Origin: Azolla caroliniana
Taxonomy: Eukaryota > Plantae > Polypodiophyta
DNA: 64,000 bases
Reading direction: 5' to 3'
Assembly (NCBI GenBank): GCA_043228905.1
Contig: JBHGNT010000012.1
Location: 18,910,001 to 18,974,000, forward strand
This document shows, one piece after another, positions 59,822-64,000 of this stretch. The position numbers were made by a program, and so were the translations under genes. Positions within the stretch are counted from its first letter, which is position 1. Each line of letters starts with the position of its first letter. The notes under the pieces were generated by a model. That model saw only the letters and a list, made by a program, of their open reading frames with translations, did not search any database and was not told the origin of the DNA.

Positions 59822-59895
59822 CTGAATAATTTGGAGGAAGACTGAAGCCGGCTGTGGGTTCGAAGTGCAACGCACTTTCCCACGGGCGTGCCATG

Positions 59896-60266
59896 TGTTG
59901 GCCGGTCAGAGAAGGCAAGTGGGAAAGCAAGGTCGGATCGGATAAATATAGAAATAGGAATAGAATTATTAGGAGGGACGGATCCGGTAGTTGTAACCGA
60001 TCCGGATCCGAACCGATTCGGTTTCGGTTAACGGTTGCTTACCGAGCACCGATTGTAATCTGGCCGGATGCCTATAAAAGGATCCGATGTTTTGTAATGG
60101 AAGCGCGAAGAATTAATATAGTTTTGCTTATGCTGATTAATCTTGTCTTCGTCTGTGCTTAAGTGTAATTATCCTACGCGTGTATTAACATTCTATCCCT
60201 ACCACCCCTTTGGAGAAGTGTCGGATAGACACCTGTGTTGCGGCTAGTCCAGCCATACATACAACA
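59896..60266 (+). repeat. 3' LTR of F (371 bp)
   Basis: TGTTG...CAACA, TATAAAA near 60073; U5 (CACCCCTTTGG.GAAGT...TAGACACC) resembles LTR C. Confidence 0.88.
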
Positions 60267-61833
60267 TTTAAAAGTTGGTTTTCTTTCTTCCAGGTTACAC
60301 ATTCCAAACTGTCATTAAAACTTTCCAAAGCAACAATTTAACAACCAAAGGCAAATGTAATTTGTATTGAGTGGTATTTGAAAAGTGCTTGTGCAAGGAA
60401 ATAAATCATGGTATGCCAGTAATAAACTCGGGAAACATAGTTACTTAAAACATCTTCTTTAATTTCAATTAACCAATAACCATGAGTAAAAAACAAGTAT
60501 TGTTATGATGTCTGATTTTGTTGTTAAAACAACGTGGTGCGTGTTGGAAAAGCAATCTATTAGCTAATGTATGATGCCTAATTTGCTTTATTAATTGTGT
60601 GTTCTCTCACCTTAAGGTATTCATTTGATTGACCTCATCCCCCACTTAAGCAAATTACATATGAAGACAAAGAAGTGCACTTGATTTTCCCCTTTTTGAT
60701 AGAGGGCATACATAAGTTCAAACTTCATACATGTATGTGAATTTGATACGAATTCCTTCATATAGCCCCAATATGGAGGGCATATTGGACATATCATCAT
60801 GATAATGTGGGCCCTTTACTCATACTTCTCAATGTCGTTGACATCCCTTATCTCAATAGATAGAACATTTTGCCATCCAAAACGTTGTATCTATTAAAGA
60901 CTCTCTCGAGTCTAAACCATTATTTTAAACATCCATATTCAAGGCTTGTGAATAATATGCATAACAATTTGCGTATTGAAATTGCACTCTAGGGTTTGAT
61001 CAAACTATTACTCGTTCAAATTCTAGACATCGTTTCAACAAATAGAAAGAAAACGTCAACCTAACAAATACACATTTTGAAGCAAGAATCTCTTCATTGT
61101 GCAAGGTTGCACTCAAGAATATATATTAGGGCTCAAATGTACAAAGAGTGTAAGACTTGTATACAAGAAACAACATGATCTCAATCTCAAACAATAAATT
61201 TTCATGTAGTGTCATTGAGGTTAATTATCTAAAATAAAAAACAAGAAATCTAACATCTAATCAAAGACTTGTCAATATGGAGTTAGCTTATTGAATTACA
61301 TTTGTCGTTTGACAAGATTGTTTGACAAATGCTCAAATTTTAGTCAATGTTTCAAAAACATACATAATAAGATTTTGACCATACAATTCAAACCTTTTCG
61401 TGCAAAAGTATAACTCGTGTTGCTTCTACTTCTCAATAACCATACAAGGACATAAACTCCTAAAAACTTGGATATGGACATCCCTATTATTTTTTTATAA
61501 AAGATTTTCTTCAATAGTATTAAGAAAAAATGCCTGAACACTACAACTTGAACCTGTCTGCCCAGAAGGTTACAGCTTTTTATGTACAACAATGTAAAAT
61601 AATCCTAAGACGAAATATTGAACTTTGTAGAAGGTGTTGGAATTTGTTAATATTCAAGAAAGAGTCCATGGAAGTTGATAGTGCCATTGAGGCTTGAGTT
61701 GACATTGTCAATAGGGGCAACTTTTTCCATAAGTGAAGAAGCTTTTTCCTTCTCTTGTTCACAGACTTTGGGGAACCGTGCATATTATCATATTGGCCAC
61801 GGGCTACTGCCAGCAAGTTCTCCTGATATGGAC

Positions 61834-62347
61834 ATCCCTATAATGGTTTGTTGATATTGAAAGCCAAAGGTTTTGATCGATTCATTTTCAAATGACATTT
61901 ACATCGTAAAATACTCAATCCTTCTTACGACATATTGGATAGTATTGTGAAATGCACATAACACTATGGTGCAATTAGCCTATCTACATTTAAAGCGAAT
62001 AATCATGGGTTGGATGATCGAAATCAAATTCCTCTTGTGATGTTCTACATTGTTGTGGATAAAACTAATGTACACAAACAAAGCATTAAGATCCCTATAA
62101 TGGTTTGTTGATATTGAAAGCCAAAGGTTTTGATCAATTCATTTTCAAATGACATTTACATCGTAAAATACTCAATCCTTCTTATGACATATTGGATAGT
62201 ATTGTGAAATGCACATAACACTATGGTGCAATTAGCCTATCTACATTTAACGCGAATAATCATGGGTTGGATGATCGAAATCAAATTCCTCTCGTGATGT
62301 TCTACATTGTTGTGGGTAAAACTAATGTACACAAACAAAGCATTAAG
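61834..62347. repeat. Near-identical 257-bp tandem duplication
   Basis: Units start ATCCCTATAATGG at 61834 and 62091; a few substitutions. Confidence 0.92.
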
Positions 62348-63428
62348 ATATATGAAGAGTGCTTAAGTTCAAGATTATAAGTAGATTAGTGCAAGATAAA
62401 CATTTTGTGAAAGCAATGACACAATATAGTACCGTTAACCTTGTATTCCAAATGCATGGATGGGTGTGTACCCTAACATGTGCTCGATTTTTTGATATGG
62501 AAGGTGTCAAGTGATTGCCTATCATCTTTTTCACTTCATACGATACATACACACACATGCAAAGCAAAAACATAACCCAAATACATGTAGATGATAAGAA
62601 CTAACCAACCCACAACACGTACAATGACCATTCGACCATCAATGAGGTGGGGTGGTTGTTAAGACATCTACAAATTGATTCCATCCATCACTTCTCTTTA
62701 TATCACAACTTTTGAAGAATCCATCGAATTCATGGGAGCTTACGTGGGTCAGACACAGGATCATGATATCTACGGGTTTAGATGGTTTCAGATTGTCATC
62801 ATTCCACATGGATTGTCGACCACGCATATTGAATCAATCCCAAGGGTTTTATGCACATGTTCATGTCACATTGGTGTGCAAAGTGTCGCGATCGAACTAA
62901 TCTATAAATCATGGCATTACATCGGCAAAGCACTCGGACTTGGGTCGAGTCGAGGTGGACGATTCGGGTTAGTTGGGTCTTTGGAAGGTGCCATTAATCC
63001 TAGGGGCAGAAGTGATGGTGATGGTTATGGAGTCCCATAGTACGTAATATACTCGAATGCATTGGCAAACATTCTTTTTTTGTCTCGTACGAATGCAAAC
63101 GAATGCGCATATTATGAAAATATTCTTATGTTTTGTTTTTACACTTTTTACCTTATAATAAATAATGAATACATCATACAAAAGAATGGTATTTACTATT
63201 TACTATACTTCGAGGGTGTTTACCATACTCGAATGATTGAAACATTCTTAATTGCGAATGCACGTATGGTACGTATGGTTCAAACTTCATACTATAGTTA
63301 TAGTTATGGTGATGGTGATGGTTATGATGGTGATCACTGATGATGATAGAGTCAGTGACTCGATTTTCAGTTGGAATTTACTGAAAATGGATCAGCCCCT
63401 GCGTCGTTTCTTTTCAATCAAACCCTAG

Positions 63429-63460
<32 letters not shown>

Positions 63461-64000
63461 CGGCTGAACACGACCCATTCCTTCCTACTTTCTCTGTTTT
63501 CTATTTTCGTTTTTCCTCGTATCAATTTAAATGCTTCACTCATAGCTCTGCTGTTCCATTCCGTTAGAAACATATATTTAGGGCTTAGTAAGAAATTGGG
63601 GCTTTGCAAGGAAATTAGGGTTTGGGAGGAAATTGGGTTTAAAAAAGAAAGAAAGTCCGCTTCCAGAGAAATTGGGGGCTTCCAAGTAAATTAGGGTTTA
63701 GTAGGAAACTGGGTTTTTCGAAATAGGTCAGGGTTAAGGAGGAGGAAATCGGGGATTTTCGAAAGAAATTAGGCCTTAGGAGGAAATTGTGTGTGTGTGT
63801 GTGTGTGTGTGTTTTGTTTTCCTTAAAACAAATTAGGGTTTAGAAAAAAATAGATTAGGGATCTTCAAGCCAAGTTAATAGGAGTTAGGAAGAAATTAGG
63901 GTTTCTGACCGTGTGCCCAAGGTTCTCGATGACACCATGGGGCTGGCGCCTCGCTCACTCTTCTTCGAGCCACTCTTCTTCAGACATGGACAGAAGAGGC

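Larger units (their letters stand above)
52776..60266 (+). mobile_element. Chimeric LTR retrotransposon insertion (E left end, F right end)
   Basis: TTTAA at 52771-52775 and 60267-60271; starts TGTT, ends AACA. Confidence 0.75.

Noticed and set aside
60272-62450. Possible DNA transposon (hAT-like) remnant
   Set aside because: AT-rich and decayed; no convincing catalytic motif or terminal inverted repeats seen
62639-63340. Short ORFs as a host gene
   Set aside because: No recognisable domain or consistent exon structure

Overview
Eukaryotic land-plant DNA, probably a non-seed plant such as a fern (inferred from the element types; not proven). Bases 1-35.4 kb are a stack of nested LTR retrotransposons. 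A very young Tcn1-like chromovirus (A) has a self-complementary PBS, a rearranged copy of itself inside its own gag and a tandem-duplicated gag-pol-LTR unit. It sits in a degenerate tRNA-Trp-primed gypsy element (B). B abuts an Athila-like gypsy (C), which is inserted in a copia element that also holds a deleted chromovirus (D). Two convergent intron-rich genes follow: a CHY/RING E3 ligase (+) and importin-alpha 9 (-). At 52.8-60.3 kb is a TSD-flanked chimera of a non-autonomous triple-LTR element (E) and an Athila-like element (F). Three observations stand out. (1) E and F have no polypurine tract; instead they share a 41-nt tRNA-3'-end mimic ending in CCA that is the reverse complement of the PBS. 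(2) Three different LTR families carry antisense tRNA-like A/B-box modules in U3. (3) A fold-back LTR looks like a fossilised self-priming intermediate. tRNA identities are from recalled plant tRNA sequences, not from a search.
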